Origin: Planctomycetota bacterium
GTDB taxonomy: Bacteria; Planctomycetota; UBA1135; GCA-002686595
Direction of reading: 5' to 3'
Length of the DNA stretch: 64,000 nucleotides
Assembly: GCA_041398605.1 (NCBI GenBank)
Contig: JAWKUK010000026.1
Location: 1,207 to 65,206, forward strand
This document shows, piece by piece, positions 48,253-57,875 of this stretch. Positions within the stretch are counted from its first letter, which is position 1; each line of letters opens with the position of its first letter. Position numbers and translations under genes: made by a program. The notes under the pieces were generated by a model. The model saw only the letters and a program-made list of their open reading frames with translations, was not told the DNA's origin and searched no databases.

Positions 48253-48543
48253 TCACGCCTTCGCTTTGGCCTTGACCGGCTTGATCACACCGGCCTTGAG
48301 CAGCGTCGGGTAGGCGCCGTTCTTCGTGATCGTCCGCAGGGCACGCGTCGAAACGCGGACCGTCACGAAGTCCTGCATCTCGGGCACCCAGATGCGCTTC
48401 TTCTGCACGTTGACCTTGTAGGTGCGCTTGGCGCGCCCCGTGGTCTTGAGGCCGACGCCACCCTTCTTCTTCGGGAGACCGCGGCGGGCGATGGTGCCGC
48501 CGCTGCGGGTTCCTGCACCCGTGATCTGACAGACGCGAGACAT
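48253..48543 (-). CDS. rpmB: 50S ribosomal protein L28
   Basis: MSRVCQITGAGTRSGGTI...KRTYKVNVQKKRIWVPE is the L28 signature. It has a Lys/Ala-rich C-terminal tail. Confidence 0.92.
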   Translation of the reverse strand: MSRVCQITGAGTRSGGTIARRGLPKKKGGVGLKTTGRAKRTYKVNVQKKRIWVPEMQDFVTVRVSTRALRTITKNGAYPTLLKAGVIKPVKAKAKA

Positions 48544-48726
48544 GGTGGACTCCGGACGTTCGGAAGGGGCCCCAAGGCTGGGGCCGATGGCATCAAGTGG
48601 TGTGCGACGGAGCCCAGGCGCGCGCGCGCCCTCCGTCGACGTAGGGCCGGAGAGGTTAGCGAGGGCCCGGCGGATCCGCCAGGAGCCGGCGCCACAAAAT
48701 CCGATCCGTCGGCGGGCCCAGGGCCC

Positions 48727-49821
48727 TCATTCGCCCCAGATGCGGACGGTGACCCGGCCCTTGGAGTCGATCCAACCCCGGTACATGCCCGAGCTGTTGA
48801 AGGGGGCTGCTGCGCGCCCGGCGGGGGTCAGGGCGATCCAGCCGCCCTCGCCGCCGCGCTCGGTCAGCTCCGCGAGGGTGCCCGCCGAGGCCGCACCGAC
48901 GTCCTGGCCCGCGTGCAGCATCCGGGCATGGACGTCGTGCGCCACCGCGCCGCGCAGGAAGAACTCCCCGTGGCCCGTGCACGAGACCCCGACCGTGCGG
49001 TCGTCCGCCCAGGTCCCCGCGCCGATGATCGGCGAGTCGCCCACGCGGCCGAAGCGCTTGTTGGTCATGCCGCCGGTGGAGGTCCCCGCCGCGAGCCGCC
49101 CGGCGCCGTCCCGCGCGACGCAGCCGACGGTGCCCAAGTAGGCGCGTGGCGCGGCCGCGCTGCCCGCGGCGGTGCGCGCCTCGTCGGCGAGCGCCCGCTC
49201 GAGCGCCTGGCGCCGCTTCTCGGTCGTGAACCACCCGTTCGGCACGAGCTCGAGCCCGAGGTCCGCCGCGAAGCGGTCCGCGCCTGCGCCCGCGAGCAGG
49301 ACGTGCGGCGTGCGCTCGAGCACCGCCCGCGCCAGCTCGATCGGGTGGCGGACGGTCGTCACGCCGGCGACGGCCCCAGCGGCGACGCCGTCTCGGCCGC
49401 TGCCGACCATCAGCGAGGCGTCGAGCTCGTGCCGCCCCTCATGCGTCAGCACGGCGCCGCGCCCCGCGTTGAAGAGCGGCGAGTCCTCGAGGATGCGGAT
49501 CGCCGCGATCACGGCGTCCTCGGGCGCGCCGCCGCCTTGCAGCGCCGCGTGGCCGGCGCGCAGCGCGGCCTCGAGCGTCGCGCGGTACTCGGCCTCCAGC
49601 TCTGCGGGCATCTCCGCGCGGTCGAGCGTCCCAGCGCCGCCGTGCACGATGAGCACCACATCGTCCGCGAGGTCCAGCGTCTGCCCGGCGGGGGAGACGA
49701 GCGCCGCGTCGCGCGAGGCGGCGCTCTGGTTCGGCGCCGAGGCGCAGGCAGGGAGCAGGGCCAAGGCGGCGAGCGCTGCCGCGTGACCGACCGGCGCGAA
49801 GATCGAGGAGGGCGTACGCAT
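48727..49821 (-). CDS. isoaspartyl peptidase/L-asparaginase (Ntn hydrolase, Asparaginase_2), lipoprotein
   Basis: Lipobox is LLPACA. Motifs IVHGGAGT, nucleophile GTVGCVARD and GDSPIIGAG. Confidence 0.85.
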   Translation of the reverse strand: MRTPSSIFAPVGHAAALAALALLPACASAPNQSAASRDAALVSPAGQTLDLADDVVLIVHGGAGTLDRAEMPAELEAEYRATLEAALRAGHAALQGGGAPEDAVIAAIRILEDSPLFNAGRGAVLTHEGRHELDASLMVGSGRDGVAAGAVAGVTTVRHPIELARAVLERTPHVLLAGAGADRFAADLGLELVPNGWFTTEKRRQALERALADEARTAAGSAAAPRAYLGTVGCVARDGAGRLAAGTSTGGMTNKRFGRVGDSPIIGAGTWADDRTVGVSCTGHGEFFLRGAVAHDVHARMLHAGQDVGAASAGTLAELTERGGEGGWIALTPAGRAAAPFNSSGMYRGWIDSKGRVTVRIWGE

Positions 49822-49862
49822 CGACCCAGGGTATCCGAGTCCTGCGCCTGCGCCTCCTTGGA

Positions 49863-50783
49863 TTAGCGCACGCGGTGATACCGGACGGGCGAGCCGTCCG
49901 GGTTCGCCGGGAGCTGGAGGATGCGGGCGCGTGCGAGGATGCGCCGCGCGATGTCGAACCAGATCCCGCGCAGCTTCGCGGGCGAGAGCCCGCCGGCCTC
50001 GATCGCCTCGAGCTGTTTGACGAGGCCCTGGGCGCGACCCTCCTGAGCGACGGCGTAGGAGCGGGCCTCGCTCAGGATCTGGTTCGCGAGCGCCTCGGCG
50101 TTCTGCAGCTCGCGCAGGCGCACGCCGCGCGCCTCGACGAGCAGCCGGTCAGCCTCCGCGCGCGCATCGGTGACGCTGTTGAACGAGTGGATGACCATCA
50201 GCGGCGGCGCGGTGTTCAGCACCTCGACGGAGGTCACGCGCACGCCGATGCCGAGCGCGTCTGCCGCGGCCTGGATCCCGTCCCGGGCGCGCACCTGCAG
50301 CCCGGCGGCGCCCGGCGCGAGCACGTCTCGCACAGGCGTCCGCGCGACGAGCTCGGAGAGGACCTTCTCGCCGATCCGTCTCAGCGCGAAGGAGCGGTGG
50401 CCGAACTCGCCCTCGTTGTCGGCGACGTGAAAGAGCCACGCGGCGGGGTCCTCGACGCGATAGAGCACGTTCGCGCGCAGCTCGACGATGTTCGTGTCCC
50501 CGGTCAGCCACTGCACCTCGTTCGGCAGGGGGTCGATGCCGCGCTCGGCGTCTTTCAGGCGATAGCCGATGGGCATGCGCCGCATGAGGCCGACGTCGAC
50601 GCGCTCGACGCGTTCGAGCGGCCAGGGCAGCTTCAGCGCGACGCCAGGCGCGACGACGCGCGCGGCGCGGCCGTACCGCAGCACCACGCCGCTCTCGCCC
50701 GCGGCGACGGTCGTCACGCCGGTCGATAGCCACGCCAGGAGCGCGAGCGCGACGAGCGCCAGCCGGATGCGGCGCGCGCTCAC
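49863..50783 (-). CDS. SPFH/band-7 protein, HflK/HflC-like
   Basis: GTG 50783 overlaps the upstream TGA. An N-terminal TM is followed by GESGVVLRYGR..APGVALKLPWPLERVERVDV, LTGDTNIVEL and a long coiled coil. Confidence 0.8.
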   Translation of the reverse strand: MSARRIRLALVALALLAWLSTGVTTVAAGESGVVLRYGRAARVVAPGVALKLPWPLERVERVDVGLMRRMPIGYRLKDAERGIDPLPNEVQWLTGDTNIVELRANVLYRVEDPAAWLFHVADNEGEFGHRSFALRRIGEKVLSELVARTPVRDVLAPGAAGLQVRARDGIQAAADALGIGVRVTSVEVLNTAPPLMVIHSFNSVTDARAEADRLLVEARGVRLRELQNAEALANQILSEARSYAVAQEGRAQGLVKQLEAIEAGGLSPAKLRGIWFDIARRILARARILQLPANPDGSPVRYHRVR

Positions 50784-51694
50784 TCCTTCTGGCCTCCGCT
50801 GAGCGGCGCCGGGGCGCCGAAGAGGCTGGCGTCGAACACGCGCAGGAGGGGGTGCTCCGACGTCATGATGATCTCCGTGTCGCCTTGGGTGGCGTCGAAC
50901 AGCTCCGCCGCGCGCAGGAGCTCGACGAGCTCGGGGTACGTCTCGCGCGCAGTCGCTTGCAGCTCCGCCGCGCGGGCGGTGGCGGCGCCCCGGATCTCGA
51001 GCGCTTCTTCGTTCGCGCGCGCGATGCGCTCCGCGACCTCGGTCTCTGCGCGGGTGCGGATGTCGCTGGCCTCGGCGCGCCCGCGGCTGCGGATCTCCTC
51101 GGCCTCCTGCTCGCGGTCGGAGCGCATGCGCTCGAAGATCTGGTCCTTGTTGGACTGCGGGAAGTTGATGCGCTTGATGCCGGCGAGCTCGATGTGGACG
51201 CCCGAGTCGTCGGCCGCGACGCGCCGGCGGACCTCCGCGGTGAGCTCTTCGGCGACGGAGTCGAGCGTTCGTTCGCGCTCGTCGATCGAGACGAGGTCCG
51301 CGATCGGGCCCTTGTTCAGCACGTCCGTGACCGACGACTTCAGGACGCTCGTGAGGCTCAGCTCCGCGGCTTCGCGCGTACGCAGCCGGACCAGGAACGA
51401 CTTCGGATCTTCCACGCGCCACGCGACGAACGCGTCGACGATGATGTTGCGCTGGTCGCGTGTCAGGTACTCCGCGGGCGTCGGGTCCAAGAGGTGCACG
51501 CGGCGGTCGACGCGCGCGACCGTGTCGATCGGCGCCGGCCACTTGACGTGGAGCCCCGCGTCCACGATCACGCGCTTGGGCGCGCCGAAGCGGTGAACGA
51601 CGGCGGCCTCGCCCTCGGTGACGGTGAATGTGGCGCTCCACGCCGCTGCTGCGGCGAGGCCGCCGAGCAGCCAGAGGAGGGTGGTGAACTTCAT
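50780..51694 (-). CDS. SPFH/band-7 protein, HflC-like
   Basis: ATG 51694 (MKFTTLLWLL). Motifs TEGEAAVVHRFG, GLHVKWPAPIDTV, YLTRDQRNIIVDAFVAWRV and FERMRSDREQEA. Confidence 0.82.
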   Translation of the reverse strand: MKFTTLLWLLGGLAAAAAWSATFTVTEGEAAVVHRFGAPKRVIVDAGLHVKWPAPIDTVARVDRRVHLLDPTPAEYLTRDQRNIIVDAFVAWRVEDPKSFLVRLRTREAAELSLTSVLKSSVTDVLNKGPIADLVSIDERERTLDSVAEELTAEVRRRVAADDSGVHIELAGIKRINFPQSNKDQIFERMRSDREQEAEEIRSRGRAEASDIRTRAETEVAERIARANEEALEIRGAATARAAELQATARETYPELVELLRAAELFDATQGDTEIIMTSEHPLLRVFDASLFGAPAPLSGGQKE

Positions 51695-51789
51695 GGGCCG
51701 TTCAAGGGAGTGGCGCGAGCGTGGCGCAAGGGCGGGCCCCGGCGCGAGCTTGGTGACGAGTGTCGGCGCGGTGCATGGGGGGGCGCGCG

Positions 51790-53976
51790 TCAGCGCTCGC
51801 GGCGGTCGGTCGGCGCCTGGAAGATGTCCTGTGGAGGGGTCGGGACGTTGCCGCCGCGCGAGCGGTCGTACGTGTCGATGAGGACCTTGTCGAGCAGGAT
51901 CAAGAGCGTGCGCCCTGAGCCAGTGCGCGCGGAGAGCGTGCGCTCGAGCTGATCGAGCCACAGCACCGCGGCCGTCGCGCGGGGGCGCGCGGCCCAGACC
52001 TCCCCGAGCGCGCGCAGGGCGCCGGATTCACCGGAGGCGCGCGCGGTCTCGCGCAGCGCGTCGGCCTCCGCGGTGCGCACGGTTGAGAGCGCGGTGTCCT
52101 CGGCGTTCGCGCGCTTGATCGCGATCGATTGGCGCGTGCGGTTGACGGTCGTCACGCGCTCCTCGGAGGCGCTCGCGACGTCGCGGAAGGCCGTGTGGAC
52201 GCGGCCGGGGGCGTGGGCGCTGCGGATGTCGACCGCGAGCACCTCGCAGCCGAGGGCCAGCGCCGAGCTGCGCTCGCGCAGCCGCGCGACGACGAGCGCT
52301 TCGAGCGCATGGGTCGAGTCGTTCAGGACCTCGCGCCAGGAGAGCTTGGCCGCGGCCGAGCGCAGCGCGCCCTCGGCGAGCGCGCCAACGAGCGCGTCCG
52401 GGTCCTCGTGCCCGAAGCGCCACGACTTGGCGTCGAGCACTCGATAGCGGACGGTGTAGCCGATCGACAGGATGTACTCGTCGCGCGTCAGGACCTCGGC
52501 CTCCGCCGCGAGCCGCTCGTGTTCGACGCGGGCGCGCACTGGGTCGAGCGCGCCGAGGTCCTCGTTCAGCCCTTCGTCCTCGCGGAAGCCGTAGCTGCGC
52601 AGGCGGAGCTCGCCGACCGCGACGGTCTCGAGGCGCGTGAACGGCCACGGGGCGTGCCAGCGAGCGCCGGGCCCCTCGATGGTGTCGAGCACGGCGCCGA
52701 AGCGCACGAGGAACCCGGTCTCGCCCGGCCGCACGACGGAGAGCCCGGTCGAGGCGTAGGCGGCGCCGAGCGCCAGCACGGCGGCGCCGCGCACCGCAGG
52801 CGAGGTCGGGTCGAAGCCGAGCGGCCGCGTCACGGTGCCGAGCGCGCGCGCGAAGCGCAGGTCGACCCGTTGGCGCAGCGCCGAGCGCAGGACGAGCAGC
52901 GCGACGACGGCGCCCGCGATCGTCGCGAGCGCGCCGTGTTGGACATCCTCGGCGCCGACTTGCATCGCGGTCGGGTCGAGCCCGAGGAAGGGATACAGCG
53001 CGTTCACGAGCGCCCCGAGCGCGAGCGAGCAGGCGGCGATCGACGCGAGGTAGACCGCGAGCACTTGGCGGCCGAGGAGGCTGCGCACCACGAGGATCGT
53101 CGCGATGTTGGTCGCGGGTCCCGCGAGCAAGAGGACCAGCGCCGCGCCGGGATCGAGCCCTTTGGCCATCAACGCCGCGGCGACGGGCGTCGTCGCGGAC
53201 GCGCAGATGTAGAGCGGGACGCCGGCGACGAGCATCGCGAACATCGCGGGCCAGCCCTTGAGCAGCGTCCCTGCGCCGAAGAAGTCGTCGGGCACGAGGA
53301 CGACGATCAGCCCCGCGAGCGCGAACCCGAGGACAAACCAGGGCGCGAGGTCGTCGAGCAGCGTGCCAAACGAGTAGCGCATGGCGCGGCGCACGACGTT
53401 GCCCTCGCCCTCGGCGGGGTCGTGGACGTGCGTATGCGCGTGGTCATGCGCGTGGTCATGCCCGTGGTCATGCCCGTGGTCAAGCCCGTGGTCATGCCCG
53501 TGCGCTTCGCATGCGACGGCGGCGGGCTCTGCGGCGGGCGCTTCGTCGCCTGCGCGCCCATGCTTGACGAGCCCGTTGACGAGGACCCCGGACACAAACG
53601 CCGTGAAGAACGCCGCGATCGGCCGCAGGATCGTCATCAGCGGGTCCATCAAGGCCCACGTGACGCCGACCGATTCGACGCCGATCTCCGGCGCGGAGAT
53701 CAGGAACGAGGTCGTCGAACCCTTGCTCGCCCCCGAGCGCCGTAGCTGCGTCGCCGTCGGGATGACCGAACAGCTGCACATCGGCAGCGGCACGCCTAGC
53801 AGCGAGGCGATCGTGACGGAGCGCACGTCGTTGCCGCCGATGTGGCGCACGATCCAGCGGTCGGGGATGAGCGTCTTCAGGAGCCCGGCGATGACGAAGC
53901 CGAGCAGGAGATACGGGCCCGAGGACGCGAGCACGAACCAGATGGCGCCGAGCCAGTCTGCGAGGAAGCTGCCCAT
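51790..53976 (-). CDS. fusion protein: UPF0718/DUF318 (SO_0444-like Cu/Zn) permease with His-rich loop + C-terminal SPFH/band-7 domain
   Basis: The N-terminal ~400 aa carry GVPLPMCSCSVIP, FLISAPEIG, the loop HGHDHGLDHGHDHGHDHAHDHAHTHVHD and a second permease half. A TM is then followed by GETGFLVRFG..WHAPWPFTRLE..LTRDEYILSIGYTVRYRV and a coiled coil. Confidence 0.8.
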   Translation of the reverse strand: MGSFLADWLGAIWFVLASSGPYLLLGFVIAGLLKTLIPDRWIVRHIGGNDVRSVTIASLLGVPLPMCSCSVIPTATQLRRSGASKGSTTSFLISAPEIGVESVGVTWALMDPLMTILRPIAAFFTAFVSGVLVNGLVKHGRAGDEAPAAEPAAVACEAHGHDHGLDHGHDHGHDHAHDHAHTHVHDPAEGEGNVVRRAMRYSFGTLLDDLAPWFVLGFALAGLIVVLVPDDFFGAGTLLKGWPAMFAMLVAGVPLYICASATTPVAAALMAKGLDPGAALVLLLAGPATNIATILVVRSLLGRQVLAVYLASIAACSLALGALVNALYPFLGLDPTAMQVGAEDVQHGALATIAGAVVALLVLRSALRQRVDLRFARALGTVTRPLGFDPTSPAVRGAAVLALGAAYASTGLSVVRPGETGFLVRFGAVLDTIEGPGARWHAPWPFTRLETVAVGELRLRSYGFREDEGLNEDLGALDPVRARVEHERLAAEAEVLTRDEYILSIGYTVRYRVLDAKSWRFGHEDPDALVGALAEGALRSAAAKLSWREVLNDSTHALEALVVARLRERSSALALGCEVLAVDIRSAHAPGRVHTAFRDVASASEERVTTVNRTRQSIAIKRANAEDTALSTVRTAEADALRETARASGESGALRALGEVWAARPRATAAVLWLDQLERTLSARTGSGRTLLILLDKVLIDTYDRSRGGNVPTPPQDIFQAPTDRRER
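53438..53502 (-). repeat. 12-bp coding tandem array (~5.4 copies) encoding (H-D/G-H-x) repeats of the permease loop
   Basis: GCGTGGTCATGC/CCGTGGTCATGC units, read directly from the sequence. Confidence 0.9.
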
Positions 53977-53979
53977 GGC

Positions 53980-55134
53980 TCAGGCCCCTCCGACTTCGTG
54001 CACGAGGTACATGATCGTGACGCCGGCGCAGAGGAGGCCGATCTTGAGGAACACGTCCTCGCGGTGGTGGAACACCTCGGGCAAGAGCTCACCGATGCAC
54101 ACGTAGAGGAAGGTACCCGCTGCGAGCGCGGTCAGCACGGCGATCCCGCCGGTCCCGAAGAGCGCTGTGACTTGGTGCCCTAGGAGGAGCCCCAGCGGCG
54201 TGACAAAGGAGAACGCGATCACCATGGCGAGGACGCGGCGCGGGTCGGGCGAGCTCATCGAGAAGACCGACGCGAGGCTGAAGGACTCGAAGCCCTTGTG
54301 CGCGAGGATCGCCCACAGCATCACCGACGCGATCGCTTGGTTCTCCGCGACGGCGGCCAGCGCGACGCCCGAGGTGAGCGAGTGCACCGTCAACCCGACG
54401 AGGGCTGCCCAGCCGACGGCGCGGTGTCGCTGGGACTCGCGGCTCGGGGCGGGCCGCGGCGCCGGCTCGCTGTGCCCGTGCTGCCCGTGCCCATGATCGT
54501 GCCCGCGCCCATGGTGCCCCAGCTCAGCATGTTCGTGCCCAGCATGCTCGTGCCCAACATGCTCGTGCCCAGCATGTTCGTGCCCAGCATGCTCGTGCCC
54601 GCCGGGCCCAGCGCCGCAGCCTGCCTGGTGCGGGTGGTTGTGTCGACCCGGGACGATGAGCGCCTCGACGAAGTACACGCCCACGACGCCGAGGAGCACC
54701 CAGAGCCAGACGCTGGACGACCCGTGGGAGTGGCCGTGGCCGGCGGCGGCCGCGCCGCTCCCTGACGCCGTGCCCGCCTGCGGCGCGGCGCCCTGCGCGG
54801 CGCCCTGCGCGGCATCCTGCGCCGCAGCGCCAGGGTCCGAGGGCGCGCCCTGGTGCTGGCTCGCCAAGTGATCTGGCACGCCATCACCGTTGTGGTCGTG
54901 CATCGCCGCCTGGCCGGGCGCGTCGCCGCCGAAGTTCGGGCCCCAGATCAGGTCCGCGTGCGCCGTCCCCGCGACCGCGCCCACCATCGGCAAGAGGTGC
55001 AGGAAGACCGCGCCCAGGAACACCCCCGACGCCAGCGCGAGCGCGGCGTGGAACTGCCGATCGCTCCACTTGAAGAGCAATGGCAACGCGCCGCCCAGGA
55101 GGCCGACGGTGAGGATCGATACGAACTCCAGCAT
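53980..55134 (-). CDS. ZIP-family metal transporter with very long His-rich cytoplasmic loop
   Basis: N-terminal TMs with LHLLP. The loop is GHEHAGHEHAGHEHVGHEHAGHEHAELGHHGRGHDHGHGQHGH. The C-terminal half carries HSLTSGVAL, HKGFESFSL and GTFLYV. The stop lies 3 nt before the next ATG. Confidence 0.82.
   Translation of the reverse strand: MLEFVSILTVGLLGGALPLLFKWSDRQFHAALALASGVFLGAVFLHLLPMVGAVAGTAHADLIWGPNFGGDAPGQAAMHDHNGDGVPDHLASQHQGAPSDPGAAAQDAAQGAAQGAAPQAGTASGSGAAAAGHGHSHGSSSVWLWVLLGVVGVYFVEALIVPGRHNHPHQAGCGAGPGGHEHAGHEHAGHEHVGHEHAGHEHAELGHHGRGHDHGHGQHGHSEPAPRPAPSRESQRHRAVGWAALVGLTVHSLTSGVALAAVAENQAIASVMLWAILAHKGFESFSLASVFSMSSPDPRRVLAMVIAFSFVTPLGLLLGHQVTALFGTGGIAVLTALAAGTFLYVCIGELLPEVFHHREDVFLKIGLLCAGVTIMYLVHEVGGA
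54526..54600 (-). repeat. 15-bp coding tandem array x5 encoding (GHEHA)5 of the ZIP loop
   Basis: AGCATGYTCGTGCCC occurs five times in perfect register. Confidence 0.92.
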
Positions 55135-55241
55135 GGGGGGGGGCGCGCGCGGCCCGAGAGAGGGTGCACGATCGTGCCCAGCCGTCGCTACGGCGGAGCG
55201 CTCGATTCGATAGGGGCGGCAGTGTTGTTACGCTCGTTTCG

Positions 55242-55967
55242 ATGACCCCCTCGGACCCAGCGCTCACTGAGCCCGCCGGCCTGCCGCCGCTCGTGGGCGG
55301 CTGGGAGCGGCGCGAGCACCCGCTCGAAGGCGCCTCGAGCGCGCGCCCGGTCACCCTGTGGGTCCCGCGGGCGCCGGACGCGCTCCTGGACGACGCCGGC
55401 GTCATCGAGCGCAGCCAGTTCCACGACGTCATGCCGTACTGGGCGTGGCTCTGGGACTCCGCGCCGCGCATGGCGGCCCTCGTCGCGCGCGCGGCGTGGC
55501 CCAGCGGCGCGCGGGTCCTCGAGCTCGGCGCGGGCCTCGGCCTGTGCGGCCTTGTCGCAGCGCGGCTCGGGTGCGCGGTCACCTTGTCCGACCACGACCC
55601 GTTGGCGCTCGCGGCGCTGCGGGTGAACGCGGACGCCAACGGGCTCTCCGATGTCGCCGTTTGGGACCTCGACTGGCGCGCCCTGGAGGGGCTGCCGCCG
55701 GGCGAGGCGTCGCGCTTCGACGTGGTGCTCGGCTGCGACGTCGTCTACGAGGCGCAGGCCCACGGGCCGGTGCTCGACGTCTTGGAGCGCTGCCTCGCCC
55801 CCGGCGGCGAGGCGTGGATCGCCGACCCTGGTCGCACCCGCGCGCCGTCGTTTGTGCGGCGCGCCGAGGCGCGCGGCTTCAGCGTCGAGGTGCGGGACGC
55901 CGCTGGCGCGCCTGCGGCGCTCGCGCCGAGCGAGTTCCGCCTCATGGCGCTGCGCGCTCGCGCGTGA
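55242..55967 (+). CDS. class I SAM-dependent methyltransferase (Methyltransf_16 / protein-lysine MTase-like)
   Basis: Start ATG 55242. Motifs YWAWLWDSA, RVLELGAGLGLCGL, VTLSDHD and VLGCDVVYE. Confidence 0.72.
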   Translation: MTPSDPALTEPAGLPPLVGGWERREHPLEGASSARPVTLWVPRAPDALLDDAGVIERSQFHDVMPYWAWLWDSAPRMAALVARAAWPSGARVLELGAGLGLCGLVAARLGCAVTLSDHDPLALAALRVNADANGLSDVAVWDLDWRALEGLPPGEASRFDVVLGCDVVYEAQAHGPVLDVLERCLAPGGEAWIADPGRTRAPSFVRRAEARGFSVEVRDAAGAPAALAPSEFRLMALRARA

Positions 55968-55970
55968 CGC

Positions 55971-56687
55971 TCAGGCGCGCCCGCGGTTCCGTGGCAGATG
56001 CCGGCGCGCGCCGCCCTCGAACGGCGTCCAGAGCCCCGCTTCCTTGCCCAGCGCCTTGACGGCGTCGTTGGTCCACACGTTGCACGTGCGGAACAGGTGG
56101 TAGGAGCCGCTGCCCTCGAAGAAGCGGTCGCTGCCGTAGTAGCCGGGGTGGTCGATCCGCTTGGGGCGGCCCGCGGCGTCGCGCGCGAAGCTACGGTCGA
56201 GGAAGTCGACGAGCCGCGCGTACGCCTCGCTCGAGACCCGCAGCAGGTGCACGTCGTCGCTCTCGGCCGGCGGCCCGCTGTAGGGCGTGACGTGCATCGC
56301 GGTGGCGCTGGGCCAGAAGACCGCGTGGAGCGCGGTCCCGACCGTGAGGTCGTCCCAGGTCGGCGTGTCGAGGAAGAACCCCCGGTCGCCCCAGCCAAGG
56401 CCGACGTAGCCCGTGCTGGGGACCCACAGGTCGCCCTCGAACCACGCAGGCCAGTCGCGCGCGGGGTCCTGGGCGGGGAGCCAGAGGTCGACGTGCACGC
56501 CGTTCGAGACGAGGTAGATGTCGATCGTCCCTTCGAGCGGGTCCGCGCCGCGGTTCACTGGGATCCGCGCGCCGAGCGCGCTCGCGGCCGCGTAGGCGAG
56601 GCCCAGCGCGATACAGGCCAAGAGCCCTCGCAGCGGCCACTTCAGCCAGCGGCGGAGCCGCTTCAGGAATGCGCTCATCGGCGTCAT
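55971..56687 (-). CDS. TIGR02117/DUF2459 family protein
   Basis: An N-terminal TM is followed by IYLVSNGVHVDLWLP, GLGWGDRGFF and the C-terminal YHLFRTCNVWTNDAVKALG, which is characteristic of the family. Confidence 0.72.
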   Translation of the reverse strand: MTPMSAFLKRLRRWLKWPLRGLLACIALGLAYAAASALGARIPVNRGADPLEGTIDIYLVSNGVHVDLWLPAQDPARDWPAWFEGDLWVPSTGYVGLGWGDRGFFLDTPTWDDLTVGTALHAVFWPSATAMHVTPYSGPPAESDDVHLLRVSSEAYARLVDFLDRSFARDAAGRPKRIDHPGYYGSDRFFEGSGSYHLFRTCNVWTNDAVKALGKEAGLWTPFEGGARRHLPRNRGRA

Positions 56688-56903
56688 CTTGCTCAGAGGG
56701 TGTCACGCCGGACGGTGCGGCGCGTCGGATGGATCGCTAGGCCATGGCTACGCGCCGGACGTCGGGTCATTGCTCTCCTGGCTCTTGGAGCCCTTGTAGC
56801 TCTTGTGTGCGCAGGCCGAGCTCCGCCTCCGCCCGCGACGCCCGGATCGGCGAGCGCGGCAGGTCGGGCCGCGGGGCAGGCTCCGGGGACCGCTCGGCGG
56901 AGT

Positions 56904-57875
56904 TCAATCCATGAGGTGGCACGCGACGCCGTCGCGGAGCTCGGGGCGCTCCAGCCGGCATCGGTCGCCAGGCACGGACGCGCGCGCGAAGCACCGTGGA
57001 TGGAACGTACAGCCCGAGGGCGGCGTGAGCGGCGACGGCACGTCGCCCTCCAGCAAGATGCGCTCGCGCGTACGCTCGACGTCGGGGTCCGGGTGGGGGA
57101 CCGCAGACAAGAGCGCCTGTGTATAGGGGTGCTGTGGGCGCTCGAAGAGCGCGTCGCGCTCGGCGAGCTCGACCACCCGCCCGAGGTACATCACCGCGAC
57201 GCGCTGTGAGATGTGGCGCACCACGGCCAGGTCGTGCGCGATGAAGAGGTACGCGAGCTCGAAGCGCTCCTGCAGGTCGCGCAACAGGTTGACAATCTGG
57301 GCCTGGATCGAGACGTCGAGCGCGCTCACAGGCTCGTCGCACACGATCAGCTCCGGCTCGAGCGCGAGGGCGCGCGCGATCCCGATGCGCTGGCGCTGGC
57401 CGCCTGAGAACTCGTGCGGATAGCGGTAGAGGTGCCGCGGATTCAAGCCCACCGCGTCGAGCAGCGCCATCGAACGCAGGCGCCGCGTGCGCGGCTTGCC
57501 CATGCGGTGGACCCGCTGCGGCTCCATCAGGATCGACGCCACCGTTTGCCGCGGATCGAGCGATGCATAGGGATCCTGGAAGATCATCTGCATGCGACGC
57601 CGATAGGGGGCGCGCGCCTGGCGCGACAACGTCGTCAGCTCCACCCCGTCGAAGCGCACGGAGCCGCTCGTCGGGGCGTGCAAGCCCATGATCGCGCGCG
57701 CCGCCGTCGACTTGCCGCAGCCCGACTCGCCGACGAGGCCGAGCGTCTGCCCGCGCTCCAGTGTGAAGCCGATCCCGTCGACGGCGCGCAGCACCTCGGC
57801 GGGCGCGCCGAACAGTCCGCGGTGGCCGACGGGGAAGTGCTTGGTGAGGCCCTGGACCTCGAGCAACGGGCTCAT
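56904..57875 (-). CDS. peptide ABC transporter ATP-binding protein (OppF/DppF-like)
   Basis: Walker A is GESGCGKST, the signature is FSGGQRQR, and Walker B is [12 protein letters not shown]. The C-terminal oligopeptide-type Cys motif is [10 protein letters not shown]. The ATG overlaps the upstream TGA. Confidence 0.88.
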   Translation of the reverse strand: MSPLLEVQGLTKHFPVGHRGLFGAPAEVLRAVDGIGFTLERGQTLGLVGESGCGKSTAARAIMGLHAPTSGSVRFDGVELTTLSRQARAPYRRRMQMIFQDPYASLDPRQTVASILMEPQRVHRMGKPRTRRLRSMALLDAVGLNPRHLYRYPHEFSGGQRQRIGIARALALEPELIVCDEPVSALDVSIQAQIVNLLRDLQERFELAYLFIAHDLAVVRHISQRVAVMYLGRVVELAERDALFERPQHPYTQALLSAVPHPDPDVERTRERILLEGDVPSPLTPPSGCTFHPRCFARASVPGDRCRLERPELRDGVACHLMD

